A stretch of 64,000 bases of DNA from Phoronis australis. Its lineage: Eukaryota; Animalia; Phoronida. The stretch covers positions 62,001-126,000 of the forward strand of contig NMRA01000420.1 in the NCBI GenBank assembly GCA_002633005.1. Reading direction: 5' to 3'. Position 1 is the first letter of the stretch. Each line of letters starts with the position of its first letter. Position numbers and translations under genes: made by a program. Below, piece after piece: positions 1 to 13,237 of this stretch. Under the pieces are notes generated by a model. That model was not told the DNA's origin, did not search any database, and was given only the letters and a program-made list of their open reading frames with translations.

Positions 1-609
1 GTCTACTGATAGTTTTTGCTGAAGGGAAGGTTCACATATCCCGGCCCCCGCAACTTTCGGGCCCCTGTGCACATACAATTGCGCTTTGCCCACTTTTCTG
101 AGGCAACATGTTGGCCCCCTTTATCAGGGGCACATCCATGATTTTGAGTTAGGGCGCACACAGCCTAAACTGTAGGGATGCAGGGGTCTTGAATGTTTTC
201 GTTTGCAGACCGTTCAACTAAAAAAAAAATCGATGAAAGGGGTTTGTTCAGGGCCTATGCGTTGTTTATTCACCCCCCGAGCACCCCTGGATGCGCCTAT
301 ATACTAGTCAGTAATTCGCACCCGTACTGTCTAATGGTATCTGGTAGAATTTTAGGGGGGGCGATGCCCCCCCCCAAATCCGCCACTGCTTATGTTATCC
401 TAGATCTGCCACTGCAACGTCATAAGATGCAGTCATTCCCACTGGTTGAAATCTGGGAAACCCCTTTCAGTTTACTGTTATGTAGTATGGTGACCAACTT
501 TGACTTGAATAGTTACAATTTATTAAAAAAAGATCAGATTATGTGCCATTATTATTAACGTTGTTTTTAGTTTGCAGTGACATTTCTGTGTATGGGTGAA
601 TAAAAGCAT

Positions 610-3600
610 CCAGAAGATAAACAACAATGTTTAATTGATTCTTTTACTGAGTATTTTATACATAAACAAGCATTTTCAATAATGTTGACGTAACTGAAAT
701 TTAGTACTCACAGTTACAGTCACAGTTAGGGGTACACAATTAAATTAACAAATACACCAATATACATATAAATTTCCATTTCATTTATAACATATCATCT
801 TATAAAAAATAGCTTCATATAAAAACATGTATGTCTGGTTACAATAGCGACGTCTTAAGTAAGCTATGTTTGACAGGCACAAGGCTCATTCTTTGTCTTT
901 CCCATTATGAGCAAAAGATGGCGCTACAACTGTGACCATCTCATGGAATGCAGGTCTCTCACCAAGCACACGGTGTCAACTTGCCCTTTATACAGACAAC
1001 AACTGTTAAACCGTCTGAGCAATTTACCATTCAAAACATGATCTGGTCTTTTGTTTCACATCCAAAACTTGGTAATAATAATAATAATAATAATAATAGA
1101 ATTATGCAATAATTGTATACCGTAGTCAAGTTCACCAAGTGATGGAACAATTTCTGCCCGTCACAGGTTAGAGAAACAATTCAGTGGTAGGACCCACGAA
1201 CACTCTGGCCATGAGCAGGGCCGAGTTCCATAGCAGCAAGAATCTGTGATCAAAGCCAGTGTAGGGCGATATCTTGCATTCCCACTGTGCATTTACGTAT
1301 AGTTATTTACATAGTTCAGCCACTAGATTTTGAGTAACAAGCAACAGTGCTTTTGAGTTGGAGACTATTGGTTTTAGGGACACATAATTAAGATAATCCA
1401 AATACAGCTGTCCGTTTTAAGGTCCAGCCAAACTATTGGGTGGTCCGGTCAATGAACTCTTTCAACACCCTGAGAGAAGAGTAATCAAATTCAACAACAA
1501 TAGGTCATGTCCAAAGGCTTCAAGAGGAGAAATCACACTTGACTAAATGTGAATGAAAATAGAAACCGCTTGTACTAAAATAGCCTGAAAGAATTTGATA
1601 CGAGGAAAAGTCAAATTAGTCGACCAGGATATCTAAGTGGATTTAACAGTCCATAACAAGCAGAACGAAAATAGAAAATCCGATCAGTGTTCAATATCTT
1701 AGCAGATGATTTAAGCTTGGAAATTCAAACAAATTTCCCTGCAAAGTTATACAGAGTACTGTGTTGGTAACACGTCTATTACCTTGGTACAGTCCGTTTC
1801 ACACAATGGCTTAATTATGAAAATCTCACAAAAAAATGAGTCGTGAAATTACGCAAGTTCATGTTTCTTATGGTTATCCTGTGGTCCAAATGGAACTAAC
1901 AGTACTATTAGTGCTAATAATACTAATTTTGGCTAAATAAACTGTTTCGTCGGTAATTTATCTTACGTTGAGGTTGTTCATTCTTGATTCACCAATGTAG
2001 TACTCAATGTAACTTTGTATGTTGTTGACTTTTTATGGAACTCCAGTGCAAGTTGACATCTCCAACAAAAACAGCAATTTCAAACCAAACACAAATACCG
2101 GTACACGAGTTCTCTGAAAATCCCCAAGCCATAAATATTAATTAATCTCTACTTTTTTCAACTTTGCTTCTTGCCTAGTACCCAAGAATATATATATATA
2201 TATACGTATATCTTAACTGTCTTTCATTGCTCATACCTACTGTTAAGCATAAGACCCAAAAAGAAAACTAATTCATCGAATACAAACTCTAGTCTGCCTA
2301 AAATGTGCCATAAAAAGTGACACTGCATAGCTTATTTAAGACATGACTTCCAAGAGATACTCTCTTTCCAGCCAGAAGTAGCCGACTTGGAAACACGAAC
2401 AGGGTTGGCTTTAAACACTAAGCTGCTGGACGAATACAAGTAACTGCTACGCACAATGTCATGCTTCTTCTGTATCAAACAAAAATAAGTGACAAAATGA
2501 TGACTCTCAACAATAAACAACAACACAGACATTGGTCAAAGACTAACTACCATGCTGCGAATGTTATAGTCCTAGCCACAATAAACCATATTTTGGTGTC
2601 AAAAAAAAATTTCCTCACAGGCGTATTTGCAGTTACAAAGCGACATCATCACGAGCCTATTCTACGGCTGAATAGAAATTGCTGGCAATAAAATGTCTGA
2701 AATTCCCCAGACGGACAAACCGCTTCAGAGAAACAAGTAAATTTTGTAAAGCTAATCTAAGCAAGGAACTATAGGAGATAGTACGTGGCCCAGATCAAAA
2801 GTTGTATTATTGACAGAATGCGCATATTTATTGCACCTTGAAATTTCATAACGCGTTGCGCATTACAATTTACAAAACACACAAATATTATATAATAGAT
2901 ATTTTAGACCAAACGAAAGAAAAAACTAAACTAAGTTCCACTTTTCGGCTGTCCGATGGATTAAACAGAATTAGCTTTCCAATATTACTACAAAAGATCT
3001 ACTGACATCAGCGCCACCTCATGGAAACACATGACAATGGCATGCTTGTTCTATTCAGTCACACTAGTGTCCCATTGAAAGTATAACTTTGCCAGAGAGA
3101 GGGCAGCAGCTGTAGCAGACAAACACAGTAAGGCCCCCTGGTGGCCTGAACAAATTCTCAAGAGATTCTGAGGGTTTCATTCTCTCAGTGATTATGCTGT
3201 CGAACTGACTTGATGAAGACAACTGCAGGGTGGAGAAACTATGCCGTGACTGGATGTGTTTATACTCTGGGCAATCAGCAGACATAGATAAAAAACTCCA
3301 TCGTTTCTAAGCAAACTGCTCGCAGAGTGACCATTGGCTATGAGGTTCAAGTCTGTAGTGCTTTTGAATAAGGTCAAGGGATTTGTATAGTGATTAAAAC
3401 CTATGGCCAATGATCTGGTCACAGCATTTCTGACATCTCTGAATTGCTTCTCAACCCAAAACTGGCCACATTAATTTGTTGGCTTGATCTGATAACACCG
3501 GGGATATCATCAACATGGAATACCAGACAAGTGAGAACACCATATACACGCTGTGTCACAAGCATCAATGCAGCTAAATCTAACTAAATCTACACATAAC

Positions 3601-5628
3601 ATAACATAACAACAGAATTAGAATGTAACAAACATACAATAACAAAAATATACAGTTTAGAAATCCCCTAAACAACCAAATAATTTTAACGTACAAAATG
3701 TTGTGAAAGACTGTTAGATGAATTTTGCCAGAAAGCGTTATGTTCACAGTGCTAGGGGTCAAACAATCGAATTAACGTATCACAAGCTTCTATATTCGCA
3801 GATTCAACTGCACAATTAAACTACGACTAAACTTTGCAAAACTGCGTAGCGAAGAAATAGACTTACAGCCCTAATGTTCCCATCCATGTACATTAACATG
3901 CACAAACTGATCCAGAAGGGTAAACACATACCATGCACCTAATCTATCTCAAGTATTTTCTCGCTACTCCTCGCATCACTACACCCACGTAATAGTTCTA
4001 GAATTGTGGGGGGCGGGGTTCTCTCCTGAATTCGGATAGGGATGTGCCTCCTTTCGGAAATCAAAATCCAGACCAACGCCAATACCCTGGTACGGCAAAA
4101 AGGCTCCGAAGTCGGGACTGAATGACGAAATGCTTGTCCAAGCCGATAACACAGTTAATCATGGTAAATAAAGAAAGTAACATGGCTACAAAGGTAACAT
4201 AGAGTCACCAGTATGATGAAATCTCCCCAATTTACAACACAATATGGTGGACAAGTCGAAAGTTATTTTCTGATTTTTTTCCAGAAAAGATATGTTGCAT
4301 AGAATGAGATAGATCACTTCTTCATTTTTAAGTTCTACTACCATAGGTACAGCAATGCCAGTTCATCATATCCACCCCAGAACATGTTCGAAAGCACGTA
4401 CATCCGTCCCAAAATAGTGCCCACAACGAAATACCCACCTAAGGCAATACCCATAGATGGCACATCCCTAATACTCTACTTTTAGGTAACCTCCATCACG
4501 AACTTACAATGGACTACAAAAACTGCCTGAATTTTAGAAATATGTCATTGCAAAGACAGTTGGGATGCTTTGAAATGAAGACCTGAAGATTAAAGGCTCT
4601 TGAATTTCAACACCATCTGTCAAATTAGAACTGATTTCTCTGCTCAAGAAGAACTGACAACAGAGCATAGCCTCAAAAGAAAATCGACCAAGGTCAAAGT
4701 CACTGAGATACGAACACAAAGAGAAGCAGAGAGGTGGAAATGAAAACCCAACTCGTCTTTTTGACAGAACGGGTGCTTGTAGCAGGTTTAACGTGTGGAA
4801 GTGAATCAATAACTGCAAATACTTCACCTTCATCGGACAAGTTTTGCAGCCCGAATTGGTGAAATTACCATCATCAGTATAATAGTCCCATACAACTCTA
4901 CTAACCAAACCTTGTCACAGATACCAGACCAGTTAGACGTCATGGTCTCCCAACTAATTAATCCCAATATACCATGCAAGAGTGCACATAGCCCACTTAA
5001 GTAGTACTTTACCTTGATTTCCCTAGCTGCATATATAATCAATAACCATCTTCCACCATGACCCTACGCTGCCTACATGGTGTGCCATTACAGACGACAC
5101 GAAGAGGATCCCAGGGTGTCGGTCACAATGAACCATACAATTTTTAAGAGTCGTGATTCTTAAGCGCACAATTTTCAGGCTTTGTTGACACTGCTGTGAA
5201 TACGACATTTTGTCCAAGGAAGTTCGGAAAGGTCACAAACACATAGGGTGTCTATGAGTCCTCCATTATAGCAATTAAGTGTCCGAGCAAGGATGGTGGG
5301 GTTCGACGTCCCTCTTTCAGGATACACGCTTGTAAGATTCCGTGGGTCGGGCTAAAATGTAGGACTACATAAGACTATATGCAGAACTTTGAAAAACTTT
5401 GGAGCAACTCACAACTTGTAAGAACAGCCCTTTGTCCAGTTCCATCATTTTCAAAATCTTAAGTTTTTGGGACTCCTGCGACTCAAATATTGTACATCTC
5501 ACTGTGACCAATACCATTTAGGGCTCAATTCAAAGCCCAATACTTTGCACATGGAAATTAGCCAAGTAATGACTTTTTATGCGTCAATTCCTAAATATGA
5601 CAACAACTAATGACAAATATAAGACAAC
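610..5628 (-). other. Putative long 3' UTR of KLF6/7
   Basis: No credible coding ORF; the minus strand appears U/G-rich; candidate ATTAAA on the minus strand at 630-635 is followed by a GU-rich tract. The 3' end is inferred only. Confidence 0.4.
4007..4495. mobile_element. Decayed MITE-like element in the putative KLF 3' UTR
   Basis: Subterminal inverted repeat TAGGGATGTGCC (near 4037) / GGCACATCCCTA (near 4459) with a G-rich left end. Confidence 0.45.
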
Positions 5629-5829
<201 letters not shown>

Positions 5830-8388
5830 TTATGTTTAAATTGATAACTGTGCAGAAAACAGAATTGCATTCTCAGCACTATGCGCACCAATTAGAAACT
5901 AGTCCCAGCTACTAGACGTCGTTTAAGTGGGCGCAGCCTAAAACGTTGGTCTGAATTAAACACATACTTTAAATTACTGCTGCCTTACACTAGTGTAATT
6001 TAAAATAACCAAGTACTTGTATTCATTGGTCCAGTCAATTTTTGTCCAACTGAATAATAAGCCAAGAAAGGACACAATTAAAATCCAGTTTCCCTTAAGT
6101 CAAGGTGGACTAAAGGGACTTGGGTGGTTTAACTGCAACTCATAGCAAGCATCTAACACACATCAAATAAGAATGACTTTAGTTTCAGCAAATTTCCAAT
6201 TGCAGGGTGCAAAATGGGCCAAGTTGACAAAGAGACACAGTTGCTTTCATTAAAGGACACTGTACTCAAACCCAGACAAGTGTCCGAGACTGAAAAGTAA
6301 CTTTACACCTAAGATAACAATTTGGTATTACGCTTCCGCTCCACAATTTCTGAAAAAAAAGGTTTAGCCAAGTAATTATGAGCGCTTTACAGCTTAGAAA
6401 TATTTTTGTTTTGAAATTATCTAGCAGTTATGTGCATGTTCTCAGAGACTACTTTTGAGAAATAGTTGTGTGGTACGTAAGGCCATATTTCTGACTTTAA
6501 GTCTTAAGTCACTCCTCATAAAACGTACTACAGAATTTCTTGCCAAATAACATGGACTATAGATGGCGCTGAACACTGACCACCAAATTTTAATTCCATG
6601 CCATTTAGTGACACCGTTTACTTTTGTTACCGCGAAATCAAGAAATGCCTTATTTTCTACACACTGGAAAACTGAACAATTGAATGTTCAATAGACCCCC
6701 CCCCCCACAAACACATCCTGCTGCAATGGCAGTTTGATAGACGGAACCAACAAGGTCTGCACAAAATGGTTATAAAAGATTTAGTGTTTCTGTTGATAAA
6801 CTGGTTATCAAACCATTCTCACTCAATACCCACCCCAGTACTACCTAGGCCAACCCTGAGGGGATAATCACTAAAGGTTAATGGGAAACAATCAATCTTC
6901 TGACAAGCTGTTTCAACTTCTGCAAGTACTTTGGTTCCATGGTACTTCATACAATGCCTGGCAAATCCTACAAGGACTAATCACTGTCAACAATGCACCA
7001 AATGATAAAACCCCTGCCCAAGGCTATACAAAGTGAAAGAAAACCTTGCCAGAGTTAATACTAAGACTGAATATAAAATACCAAGTGTCATGTCCCTCAC
7101 TGATAACTCCTCCAATGAGAGTACCCCAGGGTTTGCACAAGAAAGACGGATTAACTGCTTTTACCTCCCAGACAACTTTAAAATATACAAGGGTCAGTAA
7201 TGATGACCAGCTTTGCACTCATTTTTATCACAATTTCTTGTCAGTAAAATAACCTAAAGTGAAATGTAGAGAAGACCTTGGAACTTGCTAGTGCTGTACC
7301 CAATTATGCGCAAGTCAGTTTACATTCAGTTACTATGGTATCCACCCCTTGTGTTTAGCAGCTGGATATGACAGGAAACATGTGTTCCATTGTCAGCATG
7401 CATGTATGTATGAGTGTTTATGTAAATGCATCGATTGCAAACTATGAGATAACAGACGCATCTTATGCATCTTAGACAATGCAGACATTCCTGATTGCTT
7501 TGACTAGATTTCATCAAAAATATCGCTAAAAGGCAAGTTTTGGAGACACATTTGTTGAAATCACAAAATGTGGAAAAGGAAATTCAATTGTAGCAAAATG
7601 TTGATCAAAGTGTGTCACATAGTGAAAATTTTCAACAAATATAAAAACCAAAAATGCTCACTACACCTTTATCTGCGCTGGATTTGTGAAGTTACTGCCA
7701 AGAAACACTGGCAGAGAATTTTAGTATTTACATCAGTGCTGGTGGAAATGGGTAATAGATTTTGTTTGAAAACGAAAAACTTTAAAGCATTCCTCAAACA
7801 GATTTTTGTTATTTTGTACATATTGGACTATTCAGATAGTCCTAGCAATGCTTCAGCAAAACAAAACAATGAAAAAACTCGAATGCAGGCATGTTAAATG
7901 ATACCCAAAGTGGTCTGTTGGCATCGTGTGACGTTTAATACGAGGAAATAGGAAACGAGGCCGACAGCAGTAATTTTGAACATTAGTGGAAGTATATATC
8001 CCACCTCCCTCCCGCGTACCATCGTATATATTAAATAAAGCAAAACAGTAGGGTGCACAAGCGTTATCCTTCAGCTTGAGTTAATTAAGGATTCTGGGGG
8101 TGAGGTAAACAAAAGTTGGACAATACCTTTAACGGTTCATTATGCTTGTCAATTTATGACATTAGTATGGTCATAGTGATGTATTTAACATATTGCTGTT
8201 CAAATTTAGATGCCTTACAGGTCAGTGTAGGCTTTAAATGAAGATGTACTATAATAAAGTGAAAGCTATGTGCAGTTCCATACGAAATCAATTCATGGAG
8301 GACTCCGCCCAAATCTCATGGTACCACAGCGAGATCCTGAAAAAACTACAAAGCGGGCAAGGTTTGCATACACACAACAGATACTCAC

Positions 8389-9004
8389 CTGTATGTGTCC
8401 TAAGATGGGCCTTGAGATGGGAACTTTTTGTGTACACCTTCTTGCATCCCGTGTAAGGACATTTATGAATTCTGCGTTTACTATCTGGACTGACATCGGC
8501 ACGTCTCACTGGTGACCTGGGAAGAACGGTGGTGCTCCGACTCCTGGGAGCGACACTCGGCTGGACTGCCATCAACCCTGATATCTGTCGATCGGGAGAG
8601 TCTGGTGGTGTTAGCGCCACAGTAGCTGGCCTAGATGACTGTGCCACCAACTTCAGAGCGAATGGATCATTGAATTTGGTAGAGACGGGAGAGGAGGGAT
8701 CACTGATGTTACTATCCCAGGATACACCGCTGGAGACGGACGAGTAACTCGCTAAACTTAACCTGTCATGACTGCGCACTGAATCGTGGCCTCTGATGTC
8801 ACTAATGTTCAAATGGGCCAAGTCTTTTAGTTTCTCCTCGGCATCTAGAGTGTCTAATCGTTTCCTCGTCACAGGACCGTCTACAAAATCATCATCGTCT
8901 TCTAACTGGAATTTATTCCACGGATTATCTAAATCTGTGTCGAGTTTTTTGTACGACGTAAGCCTCGGTTCATTCTTCAAGTAACGCTCCATCTCGAGGC
9001 AATT
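8389..9004 (-). CDS. KLF6/7: KLF6/7 coding exon 2 (N-terminal motif continuation, Ser/Pro-rich region, zinc finger 1)
   Basis: Acceptor ttttatttgcag|AATTGC gives [13 protein letters not shown] (cf. KLF6 TCLELERYLQSEP), then LTPPDSP and [35 protein letters not shown]. Donor CAG|GTGAGT; 616 nt, phase 1. Confidence 0.96.
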
Positions 9005-12000
9005 CTGCAAATAAAAATAAAAACCAATTAGATGAGAAATGATGTTCCTCAATTTGTATCTCGGAGGTCCTGCCATCAGTGTCATGTCTTCTAATAAGAA
9101 AGCATTTGTGAAAATTGCCAATCTAACAACAGTATAAGTATTGAAAACTTAAATATATTCATAATGTAACAACCATTTTGCAGTTCATTTCAAATTTCTG
9201 AAAAGAAGCCTACAAGAGTAGAGGAACTTCAATACAGCATAACTTTCAATGAAGGGAGAAACATGAGATGTTATATAACATTTATTTTTATTAACACCTG
9301 GTTAATGATTCAACAAAAGGCCTGTTTTGAATTAACTTTAAGGACAGCTAACTATTACATTTGAAGGGTTAGGAACATATTTCATATTAAAGAAGGAAAA
9401 TATGGCATAGTTATGTATAACCGTGTTCAAATTTTCCACTTTAAATTCAATTACTCTTTTTACATCACAAAACTGAACATGAAAATTTAATGTGATAGAT
9501 CTTGGCATGCGACACGACAGGACGCGACTTGAGTCACGAGTCCACTGTAGCGGCAATAACTAATTCTCCTTTTATGTACAACAAATTTGTTTATGACAAA
9601 ACATTAAAATACCACCTAGACAAGCATAGCTTAAACCTTATCAAATAATTGAAGCGAACATTTACTTTCTAGACCACTCACACACAAAACAGCCTTCGTA
9701 TATTGAGAAGACATTTTTTACATAGTCCACATAGCTACTAACTCTATGCTTGGCTGAACTTACTTTCAGTAAAAATGAATCGCTGACTCGTGCCCACGAT
9801 GAAAACTTGCGTATAATGCGTAATCATATGGCACATCCAAAAATTTTATTTAACTATATTGAGCCCGAAATCAAAAGGGAGAACAGAACAGCATGTACTT
9901 TGCCATGTCTGTGTAGAAATTAACACAAGAATAAAATCCAATTCCCAAACCATAACTTATTTTCCCATTACAAGCTGTAAGAACTCTGCATGTGAGGACA
10001 GGAACATAGCACACAATTTAACTATTTTTAAAATGGACAACCCCACCCACGATGAGTCAAGCAATGGATATTTGAACTAAGACCTTCCTTATCGCAGAAT
10101 TACCAAAAACAAACTAGCTTAATCATCCAAGATCCCACAAATCTTCATCAACTGTACAGGTCCAATTCCAGCGTAGAATTTAACAAAAATAATCGAGCAT
10201 TAGCAATGTTCTCGGCGACCTGTTTTAAATGTGTTGTTTGCCATCATTTGCGACAAGTCTACACCAGTAGAACACTGCTAGGTACTGCTTGAAATATACA
10301 AAATTGAGACCCGTTTGTAACTAAGGTATTGTCAGTTGTTGGAGGATCTTCTTCTGCACAGCTGTGCATTAGTACATTTGCAAAACATGTGCAGTGCACT
10401 GCAAGTACTTTTGAACAACATAAAATGTTAGCCATCATCTGGTGCTTATGTTTTTGCATGCTTCCAATACGTATGGGTTTTCAGATGTGGAGAACACTGA
10501 TTTAGACAGCGCACTCGGACAAGCAATGCCCCAGAGTCCCAGCATAGCACTTTCAGCAAGTGGCACTACAGTGGACTCATTGTACATGGAGACAACACTA
10601 CACAAGTGAAGACACATTAGAGACTGTCTCTCAAATTTGGGAAACCGAAACCGAAATTTCTTAATTCTGAAGATTGGGACATGAGCTTTGTATGAAAAAG
10701 CCTTAAGATGAAGTCATTGAAGACAGCTGGCGTCATAACAGAATTCAGATTCAGAATGGGTCATTTTCCATTCCTCTTAATTCTTGAACTATGCTTATCG
10801 ATATTGCTCATTTCTAAAATTTAGTACAAGTTCCGACCTTGAGCAAAGCAATTATTTTTACTCTAAGGTAGAAAATTTGTAACAGAGGTACACAGTGAAA
10901 AACTATTTGGACACTTTCAAGATGACAGTTGCATATCACTGCACACAGACAGTAGTGATGTGGGCGGGCGCAACATGAACCAGGCGCATACCTGCAGGTA
11001 TACAGTCCCACAGTGTTTGGCTTGTGCAAATAGTAATGGCAAAGGTTCATTGATGAAAATGTAACCTGATGATTCATCAGTTAGACAGAATAACTCTAAC
11101 TTTGTATACAAGTCGTTTTTGAACTGACATCACAAACTGGATTGATTTCAAAACATAAAGAACGGCATGCATATTTAATAAATTGCTCCCGAGAAATAAT
11201 TCATTCATCAAAAGATTTTGTCGTTTGTGGATATTGCTTAACTCTTCACAAAATGTTATCAGTGAATACTATTATGTAGCTACATTAAGTCTATCATACC
11301 AGCAGTCAAACCAAGATAATAGTATAAATGGATTCAGCCATCTTGGTAATATCATGTATCTTGTGTCAAAAGGTCCCTAGGCAAAATCTGAATAGTACAC
11401 ACACACCGCTATTTTAATGTTTTTCACACGGCCTTGAGCATGAAACCTAAACCGAAACAATTTTACATGAGTAGAAACTTCGAACAACAAGCAAAATTTG
11501 AAGCATATCATATTTTCGTTTTTTGAGAGTTATAAGACAAAAAATGCAGCCAAAGTGCCCAGATGTCCAACAACCCTGTAACACAGAAGGCCAACACTGC
11601 TTGTTGACTTGAAAACAGGTAGACCAGATTGTGTGATTCAGAGGTATGTGCCCCATTATCCAGGGCTAACAATAGGTGGACAAACAGAGCACACCCTGGA
11701 TTTATCAGGCCTAAAGCGTGGGAGTCTGAAACCCTCCACTTTTCACAACAGGCTTGAAGAAACATTAAACATTATTAGTGCTGGTCTCCTACCTGCCAAC
11801 ATCAGCACACATTGTGTGTTGCGATTTTTGGTTTGATCTCAGAGGCTGACAGCTTATTCGACAAATTGTGATCAAACTAACCCCTAACTGTCAATAAAAA
11901 TAATTGTAATAATAATATTTAACAATATTCTAGACATTTTATAACTGTTAGTTGTGATATTTATCCAAGAACAGGCAAATGATCAATAATCAGTCACACC

Positions 12001-13036
12001 TTGCCAATTTCAAACAAAAGTAGTTGCCCAAATTGGTTGTTTTACTTCTTTATCAAAGGAGATGACATTTTGCGAATGCTTAATTATTTCCAAATCAAGT
12101 ATCATGATTTTGGGTACAGAACTTCAGTGTTAATAAAGTTACTTTTTTATCAAAAGCAAAACTTCACACTCTGCACAAAGCTGGGAACATGTTACCGTAG
12201 CAACCATACAATGTTGTGGGATTCTAACATCCAGCTCGAGGAGTGTGGCAGAATTTCCAGTTTATGCACAACGAGAAAGGGTTGACAGGTCAGGTTCATG
12301 TGGGCCAAGTGGAAGTATACCGGTATGTGAAGTTTGTTGAACTCAAATGGTTGACTGAATGACCTGGAGACCAGACTCACATTACAACACTTATCTAGAC
12401 AGGTCAGATTATGAATTGAAGTATAACTATAGGGTGGGCGGCAAAGTTTCTGGTATGTATACATCTAATTTATTGATTTGATAAATGGCTGTGAGCCAAC
12501 TGATTCAGGTAAGGAGTGTTGATAATCAGGGCGGGGACACAATACAGTGGTGAGAATCAGAAAACTCTTGAGCAATCACCATGATGAGTCACTGAAGGTC
12601 CCAGCAACAGCATATGATCTGGACCATAAATGTTTACACTTAACTCGGCCATTGGATGTAGAAATAAGGTTGCCAGTGATTTTAGATCGGATTCTCAGCC
12701 ACACCGCTACAAAGTTCTTATGAATGAATGAACCCAGTTGACTAGTTTACATTAGAAGTTGTTTTCCCTCCCTGAAAAGTACAATATGAAATCCAAGACT
12801 GGTAAACATCAGATTATGAATGTCGTGAAAGTATTCAGCAGAGCGAACAATGAGGACCTGTTGAAATCCTGATCCTGGAGATATCACAATACCACAACGA
12901 AAAACTATTTATTCAACTAGCATTGACACCGATTTCTTAGTCCAGATGCATTGAATGGTAAAAAATGACTGATCATGGGGAGGATACAATTGACAGTGAC
13001 TGGCCATACAAACCACAGTAGATACAGTCTACCATG

Positions 13037-13237
13037 CAGTGCTGTAGTGGGGCGTAGGCGCAGCCAACCACCTTTTTGCTTTTTAACGTTGTGCCTACCC
13101 ACCGTCAAATAAGAGGCCTACGCATTTGTGAGTCGGGTTCTGAGAGTTCAATGCACCTTTAAAATTCAGCGCTCAAGGCAATAGATACGATGGGTTTTGG
13201 GCGCCTACTTATCTCTAATTTTACCACTACAGCACTG
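13037..13237. mobile_element. hAT-type MITE, copy 1 (KLF intron 1)
   Basis: Perfect 14-bp TIRs CAGTGCTGTAGTGG/CCACTACAGCACTG; 8-bp TSD ctaccatg/gtaccatg; second copy at 34580. Confidence 0.85.

Noticed and set aside
8288-9121. 277-aa track ORF as a complete one-finger KLF
   Set aside because: Both ends run into introns; splice sites at 9004 and 8389 join exons 1 and 3 in frame.
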